DNA from: an uncultured Verrucomicrobiae bacterium
GTDB lineage: Bacteria > Verrucomicrobiota > Verrucomicrobiia > Chthoniobacterales > Chthoniobacteraceae
DNA: 64,000 nt
Assembly: GCA_963836755.1 (NCBI GenBank)
Contig: CAWIKF010000002.1
Coordinates: 1,152,001-1,216,000 of the forward strand
Direction of reading: 5' to 3'
Shown here: in pieces, positions 20,012 through 30,133 of the stretch
Layout of the letters: every line of letters begins with the position of its first letter
How positions within the stretch are numbered: position 1 is the first letter of the stretch
Made by a program: the position numbers and the translations under genes
Notes under the pieces: generated by a model
Databases searched by the model: none
Told to the model about the DNA's origin: nothing
What the model saw: only the letters and a program-made list of their open reading frames with translations

Positions 20012-20416
20012 TTGGAACTGGCCGTTTTGATCGACAAAAAAATCGAGCCGCTCTACCGATTCGCGCTCCTCCTCACCGGCAACGCATCGGCGGCGGAACG
20101 CGCGCTGCTCGCCGTCTGCTCCGAAAGTGCGCATCACGTGGATGCCTTCCGAACCGAAGCCAGCGGTATCGCCTTTCTTGTTTCAAAACTCCGCACCCGT
20201 TGCGTGAAAAACTCCGTCAATCCGACGGACATCCCTGCGGAACAAAGTTCCGTCGCCACGAAATTTCATGCGCTGCCGGAGCCGGGTCGCAGCGCGCTGG
20301 CGCTGTTTTATCTCGGGATTTTTAGCGCGACGGAGATCGCGGCGATGCTGAATTTTACCCTCGAGGAACTTTCCGGTGCGCTTGGCGATGCGCGCGACCG
20401 ACTGCTCGCCGCATGA
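20012..20416 (+). CDS. ECF sigma-factor-like protein (divergent)
   Basis: [10 protein letters not shown] (region-2-like) and [25 protein letters not shown] (region 4 HTH); TTG start inferred. Confidence 0.6.
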   Translation: MELAVLIDKKIEPLYRFALLLTGNASAAERALLAVCSESAHHVDAFRTEASGIAFLVSKLRTRCVKNSVNPTDIPAEQSSVATKFHALPEPGRSALALFYLGIFSATEIAAMLNFTLEELSGALGDARDRLLAA

Positions 20417-21174
20417 ACGCACAGTCCGCCGAGATTTTTCTCCGCTGTCACCGCTCCGGAGCGCGCAACGAAGATTCGCGGATTCAAAAAGCTCTGAAGG
20501 TCGTGGCGCGCGACGAAACACTGAAAGCGCGACTCGCCGCACAGGCCGCACTCGACGAACATTATGAGCGCGAAATTGCCGCGCTCCATGTCCCGGGCGA
20601 TCTCGCGGAAAAACTCGATGCCTGTGTCCCTGCGGGCGAACGCGCACCCGTCGATTGGCGCGGCGCATTTCGCCAGCCGGTTTTTCTCGCGATTTTCGCG
20701 GGAATTTTGTTCGTCGTCGGCTGGGGCGCTTATTTCGGGTGGAATCGCATGCAAAGTTTTCCTGGCAAGGAAAACGTGACGCGCCTGGTCGAAATCAACG
20801 ACGCCATGAGCGGGATGGAACTCGAGCCAAAATCCGCACAGCTCGGCAGCCTCGAGGATTGGCTGTTTTCAAAATACGGATTCGAGGACTTTTACGTTCC
20901 GCCAACGCTGGGCGCGTTCAAAACGGTTGGTGCTCGTGTGTTCAAACAAGATGGGGATCCCGTCGCGCAGTTCGCGGTCGAGCAAAACAACATGATTTGC
21001 TATATGTTTCACGCCGACGATTTAGGCGTGCATCTCGATCCGCAGGACAAATGGCGGGTTTTCGTCGACGATGATTGGGTTGCCGCGTTGCAACAACATG
21101 ACGACAGTTGTTTTATGATCGCTTTCCGCGGAACGCGGGAGGAAATGGACAAATTCCTCGCGACGCTCCGCTAG
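20413..21174 (+). CDS. putative single-TM anti-sigma factor
   Basis: ATGA overlap with the sigma-like gene; N-terminal helical domain, one TM (VFLAIFAGILFVVGWGAY), extracytoplasmic C-terminus. Confidence 0.6.
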   Translation: MNAQSAEIFLRCHRSGARNEDSRIQKALKVVARDETLKARLAAQAALDEHYEREIAALHVPGDLAEKLDACVPAGERAPVDWRGAFRQPVFLAIFAGILFVVGWGAYFGWNRMQSFPGKENVTRLVEINDAMSGMELEPKSAQLGSLEDWLFSKYGFEDFYVPPTLGAFKTVGARVFKQDGDPVAQFAVEQNNMICYMFHADDLGVHLDPQDKWRVFVDDDWVAALQQHDDSCFMIAFRGTREEMDKFLATLR

Positions 21175-21204
21175 CTTCCGCGTTTCCGATTCTCCTCTGA
21201 ACAA

Positions 21205-21810
21205 TCATGGCGTGCGAGTCGGAGTCGCGATCGATGTTGAGTCTACCGCGACAGCACGCCGCACAGGCACGTTGTCGGGAATGACCGCCGCTTGTTCAGC
21301 AATCCTCGCAGGAGCAGCATCCGAGACAGGGATCGCCCGCATCACAGGAACATCTTGTTCAGCCGCGGCAGGAATCGGGTATGCGAGCACCGCAGGATTT
21401 GCGCGGGGCGATTTGCCTTTCGATGAAACCTTCGTCGCTGCGAGAACAGGCACGTCAACAACCGGTTCACGAAACCGTTGCAAGTCTGCCGCGCGGCCAC
21501 TCTCCAAGCCTCCGATGTCAAAAAGCAGTTGCGCCTTTGCATCAGCGCCGACCACTTCTGCGCGATCTTTCATTTGCTGAATCCGCTCCGCCAACGCGGC
21601 ATCTTCGCGATTCACCGCATCCTTATTTTCGCGCGATGGATTGAGCCGATACAGGTCGACCGCGTGACGCAACCTTTCGCAGCTGCAGTTTTGTGTGAAA
21701 AGCTTTTCCGATTTAGCGTCTGGCTTGTGGCAACCGGTGAACCACAATCCGTTGCACGCCGCGAAAAAAATAAGTGCAGGCATTGGTGCGCGCATCTTTT
21801 CAGGCAACAT
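21205..21810 (-). CDS. hypothetical exported protein/lipoprotein with repeated VPV-x-RA motif
   Basis: Hydrophobic N-terminus ending FTGC; low-complexity tail; start uncertain (21810, 21795 or 21783). Confidence 0.55.
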   Translation of the reverse strand: MLPEKMRAPMPALIFFAACNGLWFTGCHKPDAKSEKLFTQNCSCERLRHAVDLYRLNPSRENKDAVNREDAALAERIQQMKDRAEVVGADAKAQLLFDIGGLESGRAADLQRFREPVVDVPVLAATKVSSKGKSPRANPAVLAYPIPAAAEQDVPVMRAIPVSDAAPARIAEQAAVIPDNVPVRRAVAVDSTSIATPTRTP

Positions 21811-21917
21811 AACGCCTGTTTCACTCTTGTCGCGGTGAAAGTGCGCCGCTGACTGCGTCAGACTCAGGGCGAATCTGTTACTTTTTCGACGCGCAGGCCG
21901 CAGATTCAACAAGCGCT

Positions 21918-23261
<1,344 letters not shown>

Positions 23262-24680
23262 CTACTCGCGCTGGTATTCGAAAAATCCGTGCTCTTTGAT
23301 GACCTGCGCGACACCGCCCGGCACCATTGTCTCCCATGAATTGTCGCCGGTTTTTATTTTCTGAAGCACGTCGCGCGAAAAAATCGGCAGGGCTTGCGGG
23401 TCGTAATTATCGAGCGCGACGATGCCGTCGCGGCCGACAAGGTAATTGTAAAGCGGCCGCAGCTCATCGGACATCGGGAGATTTTCGACGGTCGTGAGCT
23501 GGCCGCTGGCTTGGTCGCGCAACGGATAGACGTAGAGCTTGAGGTCGTTTTTAAAAAGGCGCCCGAACGATTCGAGAATGCCGCCATCGAGCTGCGTGTA
23601 ATATTTTTCGTCGAACAATTCCACGAGGCTCGCCGCGCCGAGCGTGATCGCGATTTTGTTTTTCGTGTAGCGCGCGAGATAGGCGGCGAGGCGGTAATAC
23701 TGAAAATAATTCGAAATCAAAACCGTCATCCCGCACGCCGCGAGCACGTCCGCGCGCGCGAGAAAATCGCGATGGTCGAGCTTGCCGGTCGCGAGCAGAT
23801 TTTTCATCGTAATTTCCATCAACTGGACGACCTGGCCTTCCTCGACGCCGGGCATTTTCGTAAATTTTTCGTGCGCGCATCGGAGCATGTCGATGTTGAC
23901 ATTGCAGACGGGCCGGAAGCTGCCGCGCTCCACGAGGATCGGCTTTTTGTGCAGCACTTCGGACGGTTGTAAAACAGAGCCATCGGCTGCGAACATCGCC
24001 GCGTTGCTCAGGCCGAGCTGCACGAGAGTCAGGCTCATGATCCGGTTGTCGACGTGCCGGAACTCGATGCCGGAAAACTCGATCATGTCGATTTCGATGC
24101 GCGCCGTGGAGAGATTATCGAGCAGCGATTCCATCAGCTTGTCCGGCTCGTGATGATGGAAAAACGCGCCGTAAAGCAGGTTCACGCCGACGATGCCAAG
24201 AGCTTCCTGCTGCAACGCAGCCTCCGTATCGAGCATCCGCACGTGGAGCAAAATCTGGCTGTCTTCATCGCGCGGATGCGCTTGAAATTTCACGCCCATC
24301 CAGCCGTGGCATTCGTTGGTGCCCTCGTAATTTCGCGCTGAGACCGTGTCGGCAAATGCGAAAAAAGCCGTCGTGTTGCCGCGGCTGTCTCGCAGCCGAT
24401 TCATGTTCAGGCCGTGCTCGTAATCGAGCATGCTTTCGAGCCGCTCCCGGCAGACATAGCGTTTTCCTTTGCCGTAAATCGCGTCGCTTACCGTCATATC
24501 GTAAGCGGAAATACTTTTCGCGATCGTGCCCGAGCCGCCGCCGACGCGGAAAAACCAGCGCACCACTTCCTGGCCCGCACCGATCTCGGCGAACGTGCCG
24601 TAGCGGCGCTTGTCGAGGTTGACCTTCAGCGCCTTCCAATGCGTATCCAGCGTATCAGCGACCGTGTTCGTCATGACCAT
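23262..24680 (-). CDS. conserved cytoplasmic protein, probable nucleotidyltransferase-fold (NadD-like) C-terminal domain
   Basis: GTFAEIGAGQEV..WFF..GG..GTIAKS.SAYDM N-terminus; ERGSFRPVCNVN HIGH-like motif; SRDV...IK.G..SWE.MVP..V C-terminus. Confidence 0.6.
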   Translation of the reverse strand: MVMTNTVADTLDTHWKALKVNLDKRRYGTFAEIGAGQEVVRWFFRVGGGSGTIAKSISAYDMTVSDAIYGKGKRYVCRERLESMLDYEHGLNMNRLRDSRGNTTAFFAFADTVSARNYEGTNECHGWMGVKFQAHPRDEDSQILLHVRMLDTEAALQQEALGIVGVNLLYGAFFHHHEPDKLMESLLDNLSTARIEIDMIEFSGIEFRHVDNRIMSLTLVQLGLSNAAMFAADGSVLQPSEVLHKKPILVERGSFRPVCNVNIDMLRCAHEKFTKMPGVEEGQVVQLMEITMKNLLATGKLDHRDFLARADVLAACGMTVLISNYFQYYRLAAYLARYTKNKIAITLGAASLVELFDEKYYTQLDGGILESFGRLFKNDLKLYVYPLRDQASGQLTTVENLPMSDELRPLYNYLVGRDGIVALDNYDPQALPIFSRDVLQKIKTGDNSWETMVPGGVAQVIKEHGFFEYQRE

Positions 24681-24744
24681 TTGCGGAAAATGCCAAGACC
24701 GCGCCAGAAGCGCGAATGAAAATTTTTTGCGAAAAAAAGCGCGC

Positions 24745-26601
24745 TCAGCCTTCCACGCTGACGGGCTCCGGCGTGATTTGCGCCTGTTTGATCTCGAGAA
24801 TTTCCACCCGACGCGGCGTGCTGAGTTCTGTCGGCAGATCGATAATTTCGCCGACTTTGTGGCCGAGCAGCGCCTGGCCGATCGCGGTCAGATACGAGAG
24901 AATGCCGCTGTCCGGATCGCTGTCCCACGCGCCGAGCAAAGTGTAAACTTCGCTCTCGCCCGAATCGACATTCTTTAAACAGACCGTTGTCCCGATGGAA
25001 ACCTGCGTGGTGTCCGGATTTTCGAAATTCGTCCCGCGCGCGCGCGAAAGGCCCTGCTCCATTTCGGACTTCCGGCGCATCAGCACGCGCTGCATTTCCT
25101 TCGCCGCCTTGAATTCAAAATTCTCGCGCAGATCGCCGTAGCTGCGCGCGATGGAAATCTCCTTGGTGTTCTCCGGAATCTTTTTCGTGATCAACTCCTC
25201 GTATTCGTCCTTCCGCTTCTCGAGGCTCGACCACGAGACGATCAGCGCCTCCTGCTTCTCGCTCGTCTCGCCCGTGAGCAGTGATTCGAGCTCGGGATGA
25301 TTTCGAATGATTCTGCCAAAGAGCGACCGTTTATTTAACTCCTCGAAAACCGGCGTCAGCATCAGCTTTCGCATCGAATCGCGCAGCACGCTCGGCTCCG
25401 CGCCATCGAGCAAATCGGGTAAAAGTTCGCGATCTTCGACGAGCAGATCGTGCAATTTCCCGCCGCGCTTGATCTCGCTGAATTGATCGCGCTCCAGCGC
25501 TGCGAGGATGGCTCCGAAAACCTGCGGCGTGACGAGATCGCCGAACGCGCCGGTGTTGCGTTCCTTGCACAGCCAGTAAAGCACTTCTGTCGTGACCGAA
25601 TGCTCGCTGATCCAGCGGTCAAGCGCGCGACGCAGCTCCTCGTGTTTGCCCTGCTCCTGCAACAGCCGCCCGATTTCTGCGACCACGCGGACGCCGCTGC
25701 GAAGCATCAGCGCCAGCGCGCGCACGGCCCAGCCCTCGCCGAATGCCGCGGGCAAATCTCCCAGCACGCGCTTCTGTTTCGCTGCCGGGATTTCGGGTAA
25801 AATTTCGCTCAGCCGGCGATCTTCGTCCTGCATCAATTGCGCGAGCGTGATCGCATCCGCGCCACGGGAAAGGTTTGCTTTTTGGCAAATTTCATCGCGC
25901 GCAATCACGAGTTCAAATGCCTGCGCGCTGTTGAGCTTTTGGCTTTTGCGCGCGGCATTTTCGATTGTTAAAACAACTGGCTGCAAATGTGCGGCGTCGC
26001 CAAACGCGTCAAGGTTCTTGATGATCTGGTCAAGCGCCGCCAGCTGATCCTTGAGCCGGCGCGCCTCGGAGAATTTCGCGAGCAATTCATCGCCGCGCGC
26101 CACGGCTTCCTCGCGAAGCTCGATCGGCTCATTTTTTTTCGACGGCAAGCTGAAGTGGCCATCTTTTTTCAAAGTCTTCTTCGTCGCTTCCCACCAGCGT
26201 TTGAAGTCCGCCTCGTTCATCACTTCCGGCATGAGCGACTGCGCGATTTGGTCCTGCGTCGCCTTGCCGCCGTAGCTTTGCAAAATCTGCCGCACGAGCT
26301 CGACCGGCTCACTTTTCGCGGCAACTTTGACGCCGTCGAGATCGGTGACTTTGCGCGCGAGAATGTGCGAATCCGCAATCGGCTGCAGCGATTCCGCTGC
26401 ATAAGCGAGCTGCATCGTGTGGGCTTTTTTCGTTTTAAAATCGATCGTCATTTGGCTGACGAGAAAGTTGACCGATTCGACGCGGCCAAAGCCCCAGCTT
26501 TTGTGCATGCAGTAAGAGCCGGGCGTGAGTTTTTCCAGCGTCTCACCGGCTTGTTTCGTGAGTTTGCCGGCATCGACGGCTTTTTGAATTTCGGCATCCA
26601 T
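24745..26601 (-). CDS. greA: transcription elongation factor GreA with long N-terminal extension
   Basis: C-terminal ARSYGDLRENFEFKAAK, VSIGTTV, YTLLGAWD, SYLTAIGQALLG; ATG 26601. Confidence 0.88.
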   Translation of the reverse strand: MDAEIQKAVDAGKLTKQAGETLEKLTPGSYCMHKSWGFGRVESVNFLVSQMTIDFKTKKAHTMQLAYAAESLQPIADSHILARKVTDLDGVKVAAKSEPVELVRQILQSYGGKATQDQIAQSLMPEVMNEADFKRWWEATKKTLKKDGHFSLPSKKNEPIELREEAVARGDELLAKFSEARRLKDQLAALDQIIKNLDAFGDAAHLQPVVLTIENAARKSQKLNSAQAFELVIARDEICQKANLSRGADAITLAQLMQDEDRRLSEILPEIPAAKQKRVLGDLPAAFGEGWAVRALALMLRSGVRVVAEIGRLLQEQGKHEELRRALDRWISEHSVTTEVLYWLCKERNTGAFGDLVTPQVFGAILAALERDQFSEIKRGGKLHDLLVEDRELLPDLLDGAEPSVLRDSMRKLMLTPVFEELNKRSLFGRIIRNHPELESLLTGETSEKQEALIVSWSSLEKRKDEYEELITKKIPENTKEISIARSYGDLRENFEFKAAKEMQRVLMRRKSEMEQGLSRARGTNFENPDTTQVSIGTTVCLKNVDSGESEVYTLLGAWDSDPDSGILSYLTAIGQALLGHKVGEIIDLPTELSTPRRVEILEIKQAQITPEPVSVEG

Positions 26602-26712
26602 AGAAGCGGTGAAGATAGGAGAGCGGCAGCGCGCGGCCAAGGGGAATTTGTCACGGCGCCGCGCGTGATTTGCACTTTACTCGGCATGCAGCGCGCTCGA
26701 ATCTCGCTTCTC

Positions 26713-27339
26713 ATGATCAGCTCTCCAACGCTCGACGAGCTCCTCGCGCGCATCCCGGCGCTGCGCATTTGCGGGCAGGAAATCTCGGACGCATTCGAGT
26801 TGCTGCACTCGTCGCTGCTCGCCGGCGGCAAGCTGCTGTTGTGCGGAAACGGCGGCAGCGCAGCCGACGCGGAGCATTGGGCGGGCGAGCTGCTCAAGGG
26901 CTTCATGCATCCGCGGAAGCTCTCGGCGGAAGAGGCGAAAAATTTACCCGATGGCTTGCGAAAGGGCCTGCAATGGGCGCTGCCGGCCATTCCGCTCACC
27001 GGCTTTCCGTCGCTCAGCAGCGCATTTGCCAATGACGTCAAACCGGAATTCGTCTTCGCGCAGCTCGTCTGGGCATTGGGAAAAAAAGACGACGTCCTCA
27101 TTGCCATCAGCACTTCCGGCTCCTCCGCAAACGTCTGCCACGCGGCTGAGACCGCGCGCGCTCTCGGCGTGCGCGTGCTCGCGCTCACCGGCGAAACCGG
27201 GGGGAAATTGCGCGCGCTTTCCGATGTTTGCATCAGTGCTCCCAGCAGATCGACACCACTCGTGCAGGAATTTCATCTGCCCATCTATCATTGTCTTTCC
27301 ATCATGCTCGAAAATGCATGGGCGGAAATTCACGGGTGA
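26713..27339 (+). CDS. gmhA: D-sedoheptulose-7-phosphate isomerase (SIS domain)
   Basis: CGNGGSAADAEH, ANDV, AISTSGSSANV, VQEFH. Confidence 0.85.
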   Translation: MISSPTLDELLARIPALRICGQEISDAFELLHSSLLAGGKLLLCGNGGSAADAEHWAGELLKGFMHPRKLSAEEAKNLPDGLRKGLQWALPAIPLTGFPSLSSAFANDVKPEFVFAQLVWALGKKDDVLIAISTSGSSANVCHAAETARALGVRVLALTGETGGKLRALSDVCISAPSRSTPLVQEFHLPIYHCLSIMLENAWAEIHG

Positions 27340-27368
27340 CATTTTCCGCTCCGGAACTTTGGCGGCAA

Positions 27369-27449
27369 TGCTCGGGGGGGGACTCGAACCCCCATGCCTT
27401 GCGGCATGCGCCCCTCAAACGCACGTGTCTGCCATTTCACCACCCGAGC
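27369..27449 (-). tRNA. tRNA-Leu (anticodon GAG)
   Basis: Acceptor stem GCTCGGG/CCCGAGC, anticodon arm TGCGT-TTGAGGG-GCGCA, long variable arm, GGTTCGAGTCC; CCA not encoded. Confidence 0.95.
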
Positions 27450-27549
27450 AACTTTTCCGCAAAGAGAGCGTATGTTTAGCATGGCAAGGGTGACCTGCAA
27501 GCGTTCTTTTTCCTTCCAAAGAAGCCGCGCGAACCATAGTGATGCGCGC

Positions 27550-27990
27550 ATGCTTTTACGCCTGTGCCTCATTTTTTTTGTAACGCTGGCGCTCGCCTCG
27601 TGCAGCAATCCTGAACACAAAAAAAAGCCGAAAAAGCCGCCGGAGCCGTCGATGAAAGATGCCAGTAGCGACGTCTCGTTTCAGTCTTTTCTAGGACAAC
27701 TGCGCGTAGCTGTGGCCAATCACGATGTGCGAATGATCGCCTCGATGATGACTTCGAATTTCGGTTACCGACTCGATCCGCCCGGCGAAGGCGAAGGTGT
27801 GTTTCAATATTGGGACGACAAAGGAGTTTGGCCCGAGTTAAAGCTCGTGCTGCGCGATAGTTTTGTGCCGAAAGGGAATTACATGGTTTCGCCGAAACAG
27901 TTCGCCACCGATCCGAATTATCATGGCTATCGCGCGGGCATAGCTTTGGTTGGGGGGAGTTGGAAGTTTGCTTACTTTGTCACCGACTAG
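27550..27990 (+). CDS. hypothetical lipoprotein
   Basis: MLLRLCLIFFVTLALASC lipobox; C-terminal YRAG......WKFAYF. Confidence 0.7.
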   Translation: MLLRLCLIFFVTLALASCSNPEHKKKPKKPPEPSMKDASSDVSFQSFLGQLRVAVANHDVRMIASMMTSNFGYRLDPPGEGEGVFQYWDDKGVWPELKLVLRDSFVPKGNYMVSPKQFATDPNYHGYRAGIALVGGSWKFAYFVTD

Positions 27991-28407
27991 ATGGGATCGC
28001 TGGATCCGATCGCCTACGGCTTACCGCACCGCGCGCCGTTCATTTTTGTCGATGAGGTTCGCGAAATTCAACCCGGTGTCGCCGCGACCTGCGTCAAATT
28101 TTTCTCTGCCGACGAGCCTTTTTTTGCAGGTCACTTCCCGGGCCAGCCGCTTGTTCCCGGCGTGATCCTGGCCGAAGCAATGGCGCAAACGGCGGGAATT
28201 GCCGCAGGTCAGAAAGGCCGGTCGTTCCGGCTTTCCGCGATCAAGCAGATGAAATTTCTGCATCCAGTCCTTCCCGAGAGCAGCGTCATTTTTACAGCGG
28301 AAAAAATGGCCGAGTCGGGAACGCTGCAACAATTTCGCGCGAGCGCTTCCGTGGAAGAGCGATTGGTCGCGGAAGGTGTGCTCGTCCTAGCTGAAGCTAG
28401 TCTTTGA
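27991..28407 (+). CDS. fabZ: 3-hydroxyacyl-ACP dehydratase, FabZ family
   Basis: LPHRAPFIFVD; FFAGHFPGQPLVPGVILAEAMAQ. Confidence 0.8.
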   Translation: MGSLDPIAYGLPHRAPFIFVDEVREIQPGVAATCVKFFSADEPFFAGHFPGQPLVPGVILAEAMAQTAGIAAGQKGRSFRLSAIKQMKFLHPVLPESSVIFTAEKMAESGTLQQFRASASVEERLVAEGVLVLAEASL

Positions 28408-30124
28408 GCTGGTCGATGCCGGAGAAGTCGTAGATTTTTCCCCAAGAGCCGCTGGCAAAGATCGGGCACTCCTTTTGCCAAGGCTGCAAGGAATCGGGAT
28501 AATGTTCCTGCTCTCGCGAACCCCAAAAGAGATAGCGGACGTGCAACGCGCGCACCGTTGCGCGCCATGAAGTTTCACCGTCCATTAACGCCTCGAGCTC
28601 CGCAAGGCGCGGCTTGTAGTCGATGCCATGGCTGAACAAGTGGCCGTCATAGCCTTCCACCAATTTGTGGCCGCATAAAAGCAATGGATGATTGTAGGTG
28701 GGATAAGCCGCCAAGGTTTCGTCAACGTTGATTCGCTGGGTTGCGTGAATGACTCCATCCAATTCGGATCGAGTCGCCAGCACATAATCGGAGTGCGGCC
28801 GACCCATCCCGGCACATAGGGAAATAAATCCGGAGAAAAATAGAAGAAAGCAAGACAAGGCTTTGCAAGCCAACGGCAGCTTTCCAATGACGATCTCCCA
28901 AAGAAATGGGAGAAGGATAAGGTAGCACCAAATCATCACCTTGGTGTTGTCCCAATCCCAAGGCGCGAGCATCACAAAACAGGAACAAAGGAATATAGCT
29001 ACGCTTGGAATAACGAACGCCGCCGCCGCGCGAGCTTCGCAAGAAACTTGGCATTTTTTTACGATGAGGTAGACCAAAACACCTACCAGAAGCGGAAGCA
29101 CGCCAAAGTTCATGAACCAGAATGGGAGGAATGCTTCCTTTCCTTGCATCCAGCCCGCAGTGAGATGAATGACTCGACTCATACTCGTTGAGTCAGGTCG
29201 AAATAAACCTGTCACAAGACTTACAAAAAATGTAGCCGGGACAAGTGCGCTAGCTAGTAGCATTGCAGCCCCTTTTCGGCTCATTCCCGCATCTGTTACA
29301 GCCCAGACTGCCAGCAAGATACCGAGAACTAAAAACGTGTGCACGTGGAAGAGCGGAAGCGTCGAAAAAACCAGCAGCTCTATTGTAAAAGGCAGCTTGT
29401 AGTTTTGCCCGCCGGGCTTGAACCATTTCTCGCGCCAGCTGGCGAGCAGCACAAGACCCGCAGGGAGCGCGTAAAGCAAACCCCGCTGTGTCACGAACAT
29501 AGATAGCGGAATACTTTTCCAAGCCATGGCATCATCGTAGTCGGCGATGCGGAAGCGCTTGAAAAATAACCAGCCGGCAAGGCCGCCGTTGAACAAAAAT
29601 CCGGCGATCGCAAAAGACTTTCCCCAACGCCAAAGAGCCATTCCGGTGAGAAGGCCGCACACGAGGCCAGCCCAAATCAAACTGCGGTCCACACTCATGC
29701 CCATGAGGACTAACAGCGCGTTGAACAAATCCATTCCCAGCGGATAATGAAGCGGAATGCCGGCAAATATCGGATTATCAGGCCAAAACTTCGCGCCCTT
29801 CGCGAGATAGTTGATGTAGGTGATATGTAGCGATAAGTCTCCGAGGTTGTTGGAAGTAAGAAAGCGGATCTCATCGTCGCTGAAGTAGATGAGCCAGCAA
29901 AACGCTTTCAAGGTGAACAAACAAAAGACGGCGAGAACGAAGGTGTCCCAGAGCGTCAGTTTCAATTGCAAAATCTTCGGTCGCCGGACGCTTCCCATTC
30001 CGGCAAGCGCGCCAACGAGCAGCGCTGCCGCCGCGTTCGCGTGCGTCAACCGGCCTTCAATGATGGCAAGCAGCACGGAGCAAACCGTCGAGCTACAAAT
30101 CGCCACGAGTAGGGGAACCAGCAT
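28397..30124 (-). CDS. multi-TM membrane protein, GT-C-like
   Basis: Many TMs; loop NNLGDLSLH...FWPDNPIFAG.PLHYP; 11-bp convergent overlap with fabZ. Confidence 0.65.
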   Translation of the reverse strand: MLVPLLVAICSSTVCSVLLAIIEGRLTHANAAAALLVGALAGMGSVRRPKILQLKLTLWDTFVLAVFCLFTLKAFCWLIYFSDDEIRFLTSNNLGDLSLHITYINYLAKGAKFWPDNPIFAGIPLHYPLGMDLFNALLVLMGMSVDRSLIWAGLVCGLLTGMALWRWGKSFAIAGFLFNGGLAGWLFFKRFRIADYDDAMAWKSIPLSMFVTQRGLLYALPAGLVLLASWREKWFKPGGQNYKLPFTIELLVFSTLPLFHVHTFLVLGILLAVWAVTDAGMSRKGAAMLLASALVPATFFVSLVTGLFRPDSTSMSRVIHLTAGWMQGKEAFLPFWFMNFGVLPLLVGVLVYLIVKKCQVSCEARAAAAFVIPSVAIFLCSCFVMLAPWDWDNTKVMIWCYLILLPFLWEIVIGKLPLACKALSCFLLFFSGFISLCAGMGRPHSDYVLATRSELDGVIHATQRINVDETLAAYPTYNHPLLLCGHKLVEGYDGHLFSHGIDYKPRLAELEALMDGETSWRATVRALHVRYLFWGSREQEHYPDSLQPWQKECPIFASGSWGKIYDFSGIDQLKD

Positions 30125-30133
30125 CGGCAAACC

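Noticed and set aside
21815..21830. parS site
   Set aside because: Only the half-site TGTTTCAC is present.
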